Source of the DNA: an archaeon
Lineage (GTDB): Archaea > Nanobdellota > Nanobdellia > Pacearchaeales > GW2011-AR1
Direction: 5' to 3'
DNA: 64,000 nt
NCBI GenBank assembly: GCA_030605415.1
Contig: JAUWIJ010000001.1
Location: 91,514 to 155,513, forward strand
Shown: positions 1-9,955 of the stretch, in pieces
Layout: each line of letters starts with the position of its first letter
Position numbering within the stretch: the first letter of the stretch is position 1
Notes under the pieces: model-generated
The model's database searches: none
What the model saw: the letters and a program-made list of their open reading frames with translations, nothing else
Told to the model about the DNA's origin: nothing
Program-made: the position numbers and the translations under genes

Positions 1-7
1 CTTAACT

Positions 8-271
8 TTGCAATGGAAATTATTAATAACTTTTATGTTCGTGCTTTCGTTTATCGCAATTCATGAAATAGGAGAATATTTAATGGATCAACTTTGGGAT
101 GTAAAACTTCAAGGAGTTTATATGGGAGATGGCATAGAATTTAGAAAACTTAATTTAATAATGTCTAAAATAGATGATACAATGATGGACATGATTCTTG
201 GTGTGGTGGGAGCATTTTTATTTGTTACAGGTAAAACAGCCGGCTGGTTTCTTAGAAGAAATAAAAATTAA
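8..271 (+). CDS. membrane protein, DUF2238-like; probably 5'-truncated by the window edge
   Basis: Hydrophobic helices with HEIGEY...LQG...DDTMMDMILGVVGA, resembling the DUF2238 pattern. The ORF begins at a TTG 8 nt from the edge. Confidence 0.45.
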   Translation: MQWKLLITFMFVLSFIAIHEIGEYLMDQLWDVKLQGVYMGDGIEFRKLNLIMSKIDDTMMDMILGVVGAFLFVTGKTAGWFLRRNKN

Positions 272-354
272 AAATGTGAAGTTCGCCTCAGATATTTAAA
301 ATCATCCCATCCCAAAACACAAATATTTATAATGGATGTTTAATTTTTTTGTTA

Positions 355-1857
355 ATGGAAAAGGGATTTGATACGGAAAAATATCTTAAGATTCAATCAA
401 AAGAAATTCTGAACAGAGTTAATAATTTTGAAAAACTTTATCTTGAGTTTGGGGGAAAAATTTGCGACGATTTTCATGCGGCAAGGGTTTTACCGGGTTA
501 CGATGCTAACGCCAAAATCAAGATGTTGCAAATAATAAAGGATGATTCCGATATTATATTTTGTATCAGCGCCAAAGATATTGAAAAAAGCAAAATGCAG
601 GGAAATTTTGGTTTGACTTATGAATCTATGACTTTAAAATCCATAAATGATTTAAGAAGTTTTGGTTTGGATGTTTCTGCAATTGTGATAAACAGATTTT
701 CAGGGGAGAAAAAAGTTTTGAAATTTAAAAAGTATTTGGAGAATATTGGAATTAAAACTTATTTGCAAAAGGAAATTGAAGGATATCCTGCCGATATTGA
801 TAAAATTGTAAGCGATGAGGGATATGGGCAAAATCCTTATGTGGAAACCGAAAAGTCCATTGTTGTGGTTAGCGGAGTGGGACCCGGCAGTGGCAAAATG
901 TCGTTTTGTCTCTCTCAAATATATCACGATAATATCAGAGGAATAGAATCCGGGTTTTCAAAATTTGAAACATTTCCAGTTTGGGATTTGCCCATAGACC
1001 ATCCAATCAATATTGCTTATGAGGCAGCGACGGCAGATATAGGTGATAAAAATATGATAGACTCATTTCATTTGCAAACCCACAACGTGGTCGCTGTAAA
1101 TTATAATAGAGATATTGAGAATTTTCCGATTTTAAAAAGAATTCTTAAAAAGATTGGAAAGGATATTTATTCGTCGCCTACTGAGATGGGTGTGAACAAA
1201 GTTAGTCAGGGTATAATTAATGATGAGATTGTGAGAGAAGCATCAAAACAGGAAATTATTAGAAGATATTTTCGACATAAAAAGGAAAATGTTTTGGGCA
1301 TTGTGAATAAGGAGGTCGTGGGAAAGATTGAAAAATTAATGCAGGAGCTGGAGATAACTGAGGATTGCAGGAAGATGATAGTTTGTGCGAGGCAATCGGT
1401 GGTAGATGCGACGAAGCAGGAGGACAAAGGTAATGGAGGATTTTATTGCGGTTCTGCTATACAAATAAGAGATAAGATAATCACGGGTAAAAATTCGGAG
1501 TTGCTTCATTCGGAATCTGCATGCATCATAAATGCTCTAAAATATATTTCAGGTGTTCCGGATGATATTGACCTTCTCCCAGAATATTTAATTAATAGCA
1601 TTAAAAAACTGAAAGAAAAAATTGTAAAAAGTTCCAAGCCGAGTTTGGATGTAGGCGAAATATTAATTGCTTTGGCAGTTTCTTCTTCGTCAAATCCGAC
1701 GGTTAAAAAATGTATAGATAATATCTCACTTTTGAGAAATTGCGAAATGCACACAACCCATCTGCCGTCGAAGGGAGATGAATTGGGACTGAGAGATTTA
1801 GGAATTAATTTGACAACTGATGCAGAGTTTAGTTCCAAGATTTATTTCAGGGGATGA
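355..1857 (+). CDS. DUF1846 (UPF0371) family protein
   Basis: N-terminal KGFDTEKYL...KLYLEFGGK..DDFHAARVLPG, GPGSGK P-loop-like motif, YEAATAD and VNYNRD motifs. ATG at 355 preferred over the ORF-track start at 349. Confidence 0.88.
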   Translation: MEKGFDTEKYLKIQSKEILNRVNNFEKLYLEFGGKICDDFHAARVLPGYDANAKIKMLQIIKDDSDIIFCISAKDIEKSKMQGNFGLTYESMTLKSINDLRSFGLDVSAIVINRFSGEKKVLKFKKYLENIGIKTYLQKEIEGYPADIDKIVSDEGYGQNPYVETEKSIVVVSGVGPGSGKMSFCLSQIYHDNIRGIESGFSKFETFPVWDLPIDHPINIAYEAATADIGDKNMIDSFHLQTHNVVAVNYNRDIENFPILKRILKKIGKDIYSSPTEMGVNKVSQGIINDEIVREASKQEIIRRYFRHKKENVLGIVNKEVVGKIEKLMQELEITEDCRKMIVCARQSVVDATKQEDKGNGGFYCGSAIQIRDKIITGKNSELLHSESACIINALKYISGVPDDIDLLPEYLINSIKKLKEKIVKSSKPSLDVGEILIALAVSSSSNPTVKKCIDNISLLRNCEMHTTHLPSKGDELGLRDLGINLTTDAEFSSKIYFRG

Positions 1858-1910
1858 AGTGAGAGGTTTATTTCCCCAACACTTTTAAATAACATTTCAT
1901 AAAATATTAC

Positions 1911-2987
1911 ATGAAAAAAATATTATTCGTATTGATGTTTTTATTTTTAACATTTAACGTTTGCGCCGAAAGTATTCCCGTTACGAATGTTTATTATTTT
2001 TATTCTACTGGATGTTCGCATTGTGCCAAGGTTACAGAGTCAGGAATTTTAGACGAAGTTGCCTTGATGGAAAATGTTAATTTAGAGAGATTAAATCTTT
2101 ATAGCAGTCAAGAGAACCGGGATTTGTTTAATAATTTTTGCGATGAGTTTGGTATTACTAATAGGGGTTGGCCGTTTGTTGTTGTTGAATGCGAAAAAAA
2201 ATATGATTATTTAATGGGGGATTCTCAAATAATCGAAAAACTAAAAAAAATAGTTGTAGATTGTAAGGGAATTGATATTGATGTTGGAATTTCAGATACA
2301 GATAAACAAATTACCTTGGGCTCTATTTTAATTGCGGCTTTGATTGATTCTATTAATCCATGTGCTTTCGGAGTTTTGATTTTTCTGATGGCGAGCTTGT
2401 TAAAAATGGGTTCTTCCCGAAGAGCATTACGAGCGGGTCTGATTTATAGTTTTGTTGTTTTCTTAGTTTATTTTTTTATCGGCTGGGGACTTTATAGCGT
2501 AATCGACAACTTTTCTTCATCTTCTTCTTTCTATTATTTTTATTTATTCGTTGCAATTCTTATTTTTATATTAGGACTTTTACAACTGAAAGATGTTTTT
2601 TGGTATGGCAGAGGTGTTACTCTTAAAATCTCCTCAAAAGCAAAACCTATTATTGAAAAATTTATAAACAAAGGAACTTTAATTTCAATTATTATTTTGG
2701 GTGTTATCGTTTCACTTTTCGAGTTACCTTGCACGGGCGAAGTTTACATTGGAATTCTCACACTGATGTCAATTCACCAAACTTTCGGATTAACTTATTT
2801 ATTTATTTACAATTTAATTTTTGTTCTACCGTTAATAATTCTGACTTATCTTGTTTACCGAGGTACATCAACAGATAAAATGCAAAATTGGACGGTCTCA
2901 AATAGAAAATACATGAAACTAGTTTCCGGGCTGTTACTTGTCGGTCTTGCAACCTATATTTTTATAAGGGCAATTGGTTTTGTTTAG
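1911..2987 (+). CDS. thioredoxin-like (CxxC) domain fused to CcdA/DsbD-type transmembrane domain
   Basis: Signal peptide, CSHC motif, then about 6 TM helices with DSINPCAF and ELPCTG Cys motifs typical of CcdA/DsbD-beta. Confidence 0.85.
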   Translation: MKKILFVLMFLFLTFNVCAESIPVTNVYYFYSTGCSHCAKVTESGILDEVALMENVNLERLNLYSSQENRDLFNNFCDEFGITNRGWPFVVVECEKKYDYLMGDSQIIEKLKKIVVDCKGIDIDVGISDTDKQITLGSILIAALIDSINPCAFGVLIFLMASLLKMGSSRRALRAGLIYSFVVFLVYFFIGWGLYSVIDNFSSSSSFYYFYLFVAILIFILGLLQLKDVFWYGRGVTLKISSKAKPIIEKFINKGTLISIIILGVIVSLFELPCTGEVYIGILTLMSIHQTFGLTYLFIYNLIFVLPLIILTYLVYRGTSTDKMQNWTVSNRKYMKLVSGLLLVGLATYIFIRAIGFV

Positions 2988-2989
2988 AC

Positions 2990-3727
2990 ATGAGATTATT
3001 TGATTGGTTGAAAGGCGAAAAAATTTTGTATTATCCAGGATGCTTAACAAAGGGAGTCTTGAAAGAACAATTTGAAAATTATAAAGAAATTTTTAATCAA
3101 CTTAGGATTGATTTTATTTTATTATCCGAGAAAGAAGTTTGCTGTGGTTCACCAGTTTTGAATGCTGGTTATAAAAAAGATGCGCGAAAATTGGCCACAA
3201 AAAATTTGAAACTCTTTAACGAAAAAGGCATTACAAAAATTGTAACAAATTGCCCAGCATGCTACCATGTATTTAAAGAAGTATACCCCGAATTAATACG
3301 AGATTGGAACATTTCGACCGAACATGCAACAGTCACAATTTTGAATGTGCTAAAGCGAAAAAGAATTAGATGGAAGGGAACCGAAGAAAATAGAGAGATA
3401 GTCGCCTATCATGACCCGTGTCATCTTGGTAGATATAGCGGAATTTATGAGGAACCACGAGAAGTGATTAAACTACTAGGAGGAAAAATTATAGAAATAA
3501 AAAACAATCGGGGAAACGCAATTTGTTGTGGTGGTGGTGGTGGAGTTCGCGCAAATTTTCCCGAGATTGCAAAAACGAGTGCAAAGAAAAAAGTTGCAGA
3601 GATTGGGGATGAAGTCGGCAAAATTATTTCGCCATGTGGATTATGTTATGCCAATATTAAATCAGCGACGGACAAAAGTACAGAGTTCTCAGATTTTGTG
3701 CTTGGAAAGTTAAAGGGAATGAAATGA
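2990..3727 (+). CDS. CCG-domain (Fe-S)-binding protein, GlcF/HdrB-like
   Basis: YYPGC...EVCCGSP...VTNCPAC and YHDPCHLGR...CCGGGGG...SPCGLC: two CCG domains. Confidence 0.88.
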   Translation: MRLFDWLKGEKILYYPGCLTKGVLKEQFENYKEIFNQLRIDFILLSEKEVCCGSPVLNAGYKKDARKLATKNLKLFNEKGITKIVTNCPACYHVFKEVYPELIRDWNISTEHATVTILNVLKRKRIRWKGTEENREIVAYHDPCHLGRYSGIYEEPREVIKLLGGKIIEIKNNRGNAICCGGGGGVRANFPEIAKTSAKKKVAEIGDEVGKIISPCGLCYANIKSATDKSTEFSDFVLGKLKGMK

Positions 3728-4848
3728 AAATAAATAAAAATATTATGAAAGTTTATGAAAGTGACGCCTCTCAATTAAAAGGAAATGCGTTAGATGTCGT
3801 TTTCCCAAAGAGTGTTGCGGAAGTTCGTGGAATTGTCGCTAAAGCAAATAGAATTGTCGTTCGTGGAGCTGGAACAGGTTTGGCTGGAGGCTGTGTTCCG
3901 CAAAATGGTTTAGATGTTGTTTTAGATGTATCCAAAATGGACAAAATTTCAGAATTTGATATTGAACGAAAAACCGTTGAAGTTGAAGCAGGAGTAATTT
4001 TGGACGACCTGCAAGATTATATTTCGGAACATAATTTGGAATTTCCAGTTAGTCCCTTTAGTCATGCCGTCTGTACCATTGGGGGAATGATTGCCACTGA
4101 CGCTGTTGGAAGTCGCGCGATTAAATACGGAAAGACTTCAAATTGGATTAAATGGATTGAAATTGTTGACGATGAGGGAAGGTTGCACAAAAAAGGAATT
4201 ACTGAGTTAAGTGACTATTTCGGAATGGAAGGAATTACCGGAGTTATTGTTCAGGCTTGTTTAAAATTATCGCCGAAAAAAGAGAGAACCGCAACTTTGA
4301 TTAGTATTGATAATTATGAGGAGGTTATTTCAATTGTCAGAAACTTGAAAAGAAACTCGGCAATTTCAATGATTGAATTTTTAGGAAAAATAGTTTCTGA
4401 AAAGATTGATCTTGGAAATAATTATCATTTGATTGTTGAATATGAAGATGGCTCAGGAAAATTGTCTGACGGGGAATATAGAAAACTTTTAGCATTGAGA
4501 GGAAAAATGGGAAGCATGATGATTGAAGCGAGACATATTTATTTGGAGGACCCGAAAGTTTTACTTGATAGGTCAGATAAACTGATTGAGTGGTTGGAGA
4601 AAAAAGGGATTCCTGTTTTTGGACATATTGGCGTTGGAATTTTTCATCCAAGATTTAACGAAGAACAAAAGAAATATATTCCAGAAATGATGAAGTTAGT
4701 AAAAAGACTTGGGGGACAAATTTCGGGAGAACATGGTATTGGAATTTTAAAAAAAGAATTTGTTGAAATAAATGATAAGAAGATTTTGATTAATATAAAA
4801 AAACGAACAGACCCCTTAAATAAATTTAATGTTGGGAAGGTAATATGA
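3724..4848 (+). CDS. FAD-binding oxidoreductase, GlcD/D-lactate dehydrogenase family
   Basis: VRGAGTGLAGG, CTIGGMIATDAVG, GHIGVGIFHP, SGEHGIG and DPLNKFNVGK motifs. ATGA overlap with the upstream gene. Confidence 0.88.
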   Translation: MKINKNIMKVYESDASQLKGNALDVVFPKSVAEVRGIVAKANRIVVRGAGTGLAGGCVPQNGLDVVLDVSKMDKISEFDIERKTVEVEAGVILDDLQDYISEHNLEFPVSPFSHAVCTIGGMIATDAVGSRAIKYGKTSNWIKWIEIVDDEGRLHKKGITELSDYFGMEGITGVIVQACLKLSPKKERTATLISIDNYEEVISIVRNLKRNSAISMIEFLGKIVSEKIDLGNNYHLIVEYEDGSGKLSDGEYRKLLALRGKMGSMMIEARHIYLEDPKVLLDRSDKLIEWLEKKGIPVFGHIGVGIFHPRFNEEQKKYIPEMMKLVKRLGGQISGEHGIGILKKEFVEINDKKILINIKKRTDPLNKFNVGKVI

Positions 4849-5048
4849 AAATCTTTGATTTTCAGTTAGTAGTTTGTAGTTCGAAAAACTTTGTTTTTCT
4901 GGTAGTTGGTAGTGGCAAATGTTGCGCAGTTTTTCCGCGATTGGGAGGCAAGGAATGATGAAAAAATTTAAATATATTGGAGAATTAAAATAAGCATAAC
5001 TTCCCCAGTATGACGCAAGGAATGTCGGGAGTCTTTATTTTTTTTAAA

Positions 5049-5459
5049 ATGGTTAACAATAAGAAAAAACCAAGTGAAGCTGACAAAATTGAATCGGCAA
5101 ATTTAATGGAGGAGGCAAGTGAAATTTTTGATTCGTGTGTCCAGTGCGGAATGTGCAAAGCACTTTGTCCTGTTTTTAAAGTCTTAAAAGAGGAACGGGT
5201 TTCAGCGAGGGGAAAGGGAATTATTCTTTCGGATAAGGTAATGGATAAAGTTGTGTTTGAGTGTACTTTATGTAAGGGGTGTGAGCAAAAATGCCCGTTG
5301 GATATAAAGATTTGTGATGCAATCAGGAAAGCTCGGGAAGCGATGGTTTTGAAGTGGAAGGGTTTGAAGTCAAATGAGAAAATGATTGAGAATATTCGGA
5401 AATTCGGAAACCCTTTTGGGAAGGGATATGTTGATGAAAAGAAATTGTATTGTTGCTGA
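5049..5459 (+). CDS. 4Fe-4S dicluster protein (GlcF N-terminal-like)
   Basis: CVQCGMCKALCP and CTLCKGCEQKCP ferredoxin motifs plus GNPFG. ATG at 5049 preferred over 5010. Confidence 0.85.
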   Translation: MVNNKKKPSEADKIESANLMEEASEIFDSCVQCGMCKALCPVFKVLKEERVSARGKGIILSDKVMDKVVFECTLCKGCEQKCPLDIKICDAIRKAREAMVLKWKGLKSNEKMIENIRKFGNPFGKGYVDEKKLYCC

Positions 5460-5461
5460 GC

Positions 5462-5633
5462 CAGAACTGAGAATTCAGAGTTCAGAACTTAGAAGGGACA
5501 ACCGACTATCAATGGAAACAGGGGAAGCGGGGGGATGGCTCTAAGAGCGAATGAAATGAGCGGTCTGAGTTCTCAGAGTGAAACGACCTGAGATCTGGGC
5601 ACAAGAGTGAAACGACCTGAGTTCTGAGTTCTC
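5462..5633. repeat. dispersed heptamer-based repeat element, copy 1 (intergenic), with inverted arms
   Basis: Left arm has AGAACT(G/T/C)AG-type units, then a purine-rich spacer; right arm has CTGAGTTCT units and two GAGTGAAACGACCTGAG copies. Shares motifs with 33173, 39650 and 46905. Confidence 0.75.
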
Positions 5634-5699
5634 ATCAAATTCTAAAATAAGATGACAATCAAGAGATAATTTTATAAGTTGGTTTTTGGTTTGAATATT

Positions 5700-6878
5700 A
5701 TGACAATTTACTCGCACTCTAGAATATCAACTTTTGAGAACTGCCCTTATCAGTATAAACTCAGATACATTGACAAAATTAAAGTAGATGTTCCGACGAC
5801 AATAGAATGTTTTATGGGAGATTTAGTTCACCGAACTCTCGAAAAACTTTACAAAGATAAAAAATTTATGAAAGAGGATTCCAAAAAAGAACTCTTAAAA
5901 TTCTATAAAGATTTATGGAAGAAAGAATATTCTGACGATATTTTAATTGCAAAAGCTGACCAAGGATTGACTTCTGAAAATTATAGGAAAATGGGCTTAA
6001 AGTTTATAGAGGATTATTATGACAAACACAAACCTTTCGACCAGCTAACAATTTTAGGATTAGAAACAATGGACAGAATGACTTTGCCAGACGGGAATCA
6101 ATGGCATGTAAGAATTGATAAACTCGCTTGTGACGACGACGGAAATTATTATGTTTGCGATTACAAGACGAATGCCCGAATGAAAGACCAGGAAGAGGCG
6201 GACGCCGACAGACAGCTTGCTCTTTATTCTATTTGGGTTAAGGATAAATTCAAGGATGCCAAATCAGTTAAGTTGGTCTGGCACATGTTAGCTTTCAATA
6301 AAGATGCGGTTTCAGAAAGAACTGACGAGCAATTAAAAAAATTACAACAGGATGTTTGCGATAAGATAAAAGAGATTGAATCAGCGACGGAATTTCCGAG
6401 AAATCAAAGTGGGCTTTGCAATTATTGTGTTTATAAAAGTATATGTCCGTCGTTTAGGCACGAGTTTGAACTTGAGGAAAAAACTGTTGAGGAATTTAAA
6501 AAAGATGATGGAGTGGTTTTAGTTGATGAGTATTCTGAAATTAAGATGAAGTTGGGGGAACTGAAAAAGAAAGACGAAGAGTTGAAGGTGAAATTGGTAG
6601 AATATGGAAAGCAGTTTGATGTTGATGCTATTTATGGAAGTAATAAGATTGCGAGGCTGAAAGAGTTTGAGAAGATTGTGATGCCTGAAGATAGGGAGAA
6701 ATTTATTGGGTTGTTAAAAGAAAAGGGTTTGTGGGAGGAATATTCTATGGTTTGTTATGGAAGGCTGAATAGTTCTGTAATTGGCGGGAAAGTTGATGAT
6801 TGGGTTAGGGATGCGATTGATGTTGTTAGGGATGTTAGAGTAAGTTTGGGTAAAAGGAAGGATGTTGAGGATGAATGA
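5700..6878 (+). CDS. PD-(D/E)XK nuclease, Cas4/RecB/AddB-like with Fe-S Cys motif and C-terminal coiled coil
   Basis: CPYQY near the N-terminus; H, RIDKL, DYKT, QLALY; C-terminal CNYCVYKSIC (1+3 Cys). ATG at 5700. Confidence 0.85.
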   Translation: MTIYSHSRISTFENCPYQYKLRYIDKIKVDVPTTIECFMGDLVHRTLEKLYKDKKFMKEDSKKELLKFYKDLWKKEYSDDILIAKADQGLTSENYRKMGLKFIEDYYDKHKPFDQLTILGLETMDRMTLPDGNQWHVRIDKLACDDDGNYYVCDYKTNARMKDQEEADADRQLALYSIWVKDKFKDAKSVKLVWHMLAFNKDAVSERTDEQLKKLQQDVCDKIKEIESATEFPRNQSGLCNYCVYKSICPSFRHEFELEEKTVEEFKKDDGVVLVDEYSEIKMKLGELKKKDEELKVKLVEYGKQFDVDAIYGSNKIARLKEFEKIVMPEDREKFIGLLKEKGLWEEYSMVCYGRLNSSVIGGKVDDWVRDAIDVVRDVRVSLGKRKDVEDE

Positions 6879-6913
6879 GATATCTTTTTATACAATAATT
6901 CCTTAAAATATCA

Positions 6914-9283
6914 ATGGACAAGAAGCAACTAACAGAAGCAGACATTAGAACTAAGTTTATACTTCCAGCTATTGAGAAGGCAGGTTGGAATAAAAATAAG
7001 CAAATTCGTGAAGAAAAATATTTTACTGCAGGAAGATTTTATATTTATGGAAAGATTACAAAAAGGGGAATCCCAAAGAAAGCCGACTACATTCTTTATT
7101 ACAAAAACAACATCCCTATTGCTGTTGTGGAAGCAAAAGACAATAAGCACTCGGTAGGTGATGGTTTACAGCAAGCTGTCGATTATGCTGAAATTTTAGA
7201 CCTTCCTTTTGCATTTAGTTCTAACGGAGACGGATTTATTTTACAGGATTTAAAATCCGGAGAGAATAAAGAATATTCTTTAAATGAATTTCCTTCTCCA
7301 AAAGAGCTTTGGGAAAAATACAAGGAATATAATGGAATTACAGAAAATATTGAGGATTTAATTACTACAGATTATTATTTTGAAGCGGATTGGAAAGAGC
7401 CAAGATATTATCAGAGGATTGCTGTTAATAGAATAATTGAAGCAATTGCTAAGGAAAAAAAGAAAATTCTTTTGGTTATGGCGACGGGAACAGGAAAAAC
7501 CTATACTGCTTTTCAGACAATTTGGAGATTAAGAAATCAGTGGAAACCAAAAGGACACAACCCAAGAGTTTTGTATCTTGCAGATAGAAATATTTTAGTA
7601 GATGACCCGATGAACAAAGATTTGAAGCCCCTGAAAAAAGTTATGACTAAAGTTAAAAATAGAAAAGCGGACAAATCTTACGAAGTTTACATGTCCCTTT
7701 ATCAGGGAATCACGGGAAATGAAGAAGAAAAGAATATTTACAAACAATTTTCAAGAGAATTTTTTGATTTAATAATTGTTGATGAATGTCATCGGGGAAG
7801 TGCCAGAGCTGATTCTGCGTGGCGTAAAATTTTAGAATATTTTTCTGGTGCAGTTCAGATAGGGATGACCGCAACACCAAAAGAAACAAATAAAATTTCA
7901 AACATAGATTATTTTGGCGAGCCAATTTACACATACTCCTTGAAGCAAGGAATTGACGATGGGTTTTTAGCTCCTTATAGAGTTATTAAAGTTGCAATAA
8001 ATAAAGATGTTCATGGATACAGACCAAGGAAAGGAGAGTTAGATAAGTATGGAAACGAAATTCCGGACTATGTTTATACGAATAGAGAATTTGACAGAAC
8101 TTTAGTTATTGATGAAAGGACAAAAGTTATTGCAAAGAAAATAACAGAATTTTTGAAAAATACAGACAGAATGAGCAAGACTATTATTTTTTGTGTGGAC
8201 ATAGAACACGCCGAAAGAATGACGAGGGCTTTAATAAATGAAAATAAAGATTTGTATTCTAAAAATAAAAAGTATGTTATGAGAATAACTGGAGACAACA
8301 ATATAGGAAAATCCCAATTGGGTAATTTTATTGACCCCTCTATGAAATATCCTGTTATCGCGACAACTTCAAAATTAATGACCACTGGCGTTGATGCTCA
8401 AACTTGTAAATTAATTGTGCTTGATTCTGTTATTAATTCAATGACCGAGTTTAAACAAATTATTGGAAGAGGAACAAGGATAAACGAAGATTACGGAAAA
8501 ACACATTTTACAATTATGGATTTTAGAAATGTTACAAACCATTTCGCAGACCCCGACTTTGATGGGGAACCTGTCCAGTTAATGACTTTTAATTCGGATG
8601 AGGAAATAAAACCTGAAGAAATATATGAAAAGGAAATCTTAGAAATTGAAAAACTGCAAAAGCCAGATGTTAATATTTATGACGTTGAGGGGAAAATAAG
8701 AAAATTTTATGTTAGAGAAACAGATGTTTCTGTTTTAAATCAGTCAGAACAATATCTTGATTCTTCTGGGAAATTAATTGCAGATAAAATGATTGATTAC
8801 ACTAAAAAAGAAATAAATGGCGAATATAAAACCCTGAACGATTTCTTGAATAAGTGGAATATCCTTGAACAGAAGGGTGCCCTGATTGAAGAGCTTTCGC
8901 AAAAGGGAATAATATTTGATTGTCTAAGAGAACAAATCCCAAATGGGAAAAAATACGACCCTTTTGATTTAATTCTTCATGTTGCATACGGACAAAAACC
9001 TCTTACAAGAAGCGAGAGAGCAAAGAAGGTTAAGAAGGATAATTATTTTGATAAGTATGGCACTCAGGCAAGAGAAGTTATTGATGCCTTGCTTAAAAAA
9101 TATAGCGACGAGGGAATAGAAAATTTAGAGGATGCCGAAGTTTTGAGAGTTGAGCCATTGAATAAATTTGGTCGTCCGATTGAGATTATGAAATTGTTTG
9201 GTGGGCAGAAAGGATATAGAGAAATGGTGAAGGAAATTGAGGCGAGGTTGTATCAGATAAACGGAACAGCGATGGGAAAATAA
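6914..9283 (+). CDS. hsdR: type I restriction enzyme R subunit (EcoAI/EcoEI-like)
   Basis: TEADIRTKFI N-terminus, ADYIL/VVEAK nuclease motif, MATGTGKT, DECHRG, TATPK, QIIGRGTR, EcoEI_R_C-like C-terminus. Confidence 0.95.
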   Translation: MDKKQLTEADIRTKFILPAIEKAGWNKNKQIREEKYFTAGRFYIYGKITKRGIPKKADYILYYKNNIPIAVVEAKDNKHSVGDGLQQAVDYAEILDLPFAFSSNGDGFILQDLKSGENKEYSLNEFPSPKELWEKYKEYNGITENIEDLITTDYYFEADWKEPRYYQRIAVNRIIEAIAKEKKKILLVMATGTGKTYTAFQTIWRLRNQWKPKGHNPRVLYLADRNILVDDPMNKDLKPLKKVMTKVKNRKADKSYEVYMSLYQGITGNEEEKNIYKQFSREFFDLIIVDECHRGSARADSAWRKILEYFSGAVQIGMTATPKETNKISNIDYFGEPIYTYSLKQGIDDGFLAPYRVIKVAINKDVHGYRPRKGELDKYGNEIPDYVYTNREFDRTLVIDERTKVIAKKITEFLKNTDRMSKTIIFCVDIEHAERMTRALINENKDLYSKNKKYVMRITGDNNIGKSQLGNFIDPSMKYPVIATTSKLMTTGVDAQTCKLIVLDSVINSMTEFKQIIGRGTRINEDYGKTHFTIMDFRNVTNHFADPDFDGEPVQLMTFNSDEEIKPEEIYEKEILEIEKLQKPDVNIYDVEGKIRKFYVRETDVSVLNQSEQYLDSSGKLIADKMIDYTKKEINGEYKTLNDFLNKWNILEQKGALIEELSQKGIIFDCLREQIPNGKKYDPFDLILHVAYGQKPLTRSERAKKVKKDNYFDKYGTQAREVIDALLKKYSDEGIENLEDAEVLRVEPLNKFGRPIEIMKLFGGQKGYREMVKEIEARLYQINGTAMGK

Positions 9284-9298
9284 AAGAGTTTATTTCAA

Positions 9299-9955
9299 CT
9301 AATTTGTAAACATTAAATTAAGTAATTCAGGAAATTTGTATTTGTCTTTTGCATAATTAATTTCAAAATGTTCTTTAAGAAATTCATAACCATTTGGATC
9401 CAAGTCTTGCCCGTCTGCTGTTACAAATAAAAAAATATTCATTTCTTCCTGTAATTGTAATGCACTCGCAAGAATTTTACAATCTGCATGATTTGGAATT
9501 ATTTCATAAATTTTATTAACAAGATTCTTATCTATTTGATTAATAGGAACAACTTTTTCATCTACCATTTTTTCAAAAAATACTTCAATCTTTATATCTA
9601 AATTAGTCTCTTCTTCTAAAAAAGCATTAGCAAGAATCTCAATAGAAATATGTTTTTTTAACTCATATGTTTTTGTTGCATAGGCAATATCTTTAGGTTT
9701 AAGAAAAGATGATTCAGTTGAAATCCCAATTTTATAATTTCTATCTTTAACTTTTTCAACTATTTCCTTATGAATTATTTTATTTTTCTTTACAATGTTC
9801 TTAAGTTCCTGTTCTAAAAAATAACAAATTATAAATTTCCCTTTTTTGTTTTTTATATACTCATAGCACTTTTTTATTATTTCTAGTTTTGTATTTTTTG
9901 TAAATTTGCAATAATTAAAAATAACATTTGTATCAAAAAAATTATCTTTTTCCAT
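9299..9955 (-). CDS. PIN-domain ribonuclease-like protein
   Basis: FFDTNVIF first strand, E in LEQE, DCKILASA and FVTAD..D: the PIN acidic tetrad pattern. Confidence 0.7.
   Translation of the reverse strand: MEKDNFFDTNVIFNYCKFTKNTKLEIIKKCYEYIKNKKGKFIICYFLEQELKNIVKKNKIIHKEIVEKVKDRNYKIGISTESSFLKPKDIAYATKTYELKKHISIEILANAFLEEETNLDIKIEVFFEKMVDEKVVPINQIDKNLVNKIYEIIPNHADCKILASALQLQEEMNIFLFVTADGQDLDPNGYEFLKEHFEINYAKDKYKFPELLNLMFTN

Noticed and set aside
5462-6878. CRISPR-Cas locus (repeat region next to a Cas4-like gene)
   Set aside because: The repeats are irregular 7-mer patchworks with no constant-length repeat/unique-spacer periodicity, and there is no cas1, cas2 or effector gene in the window.
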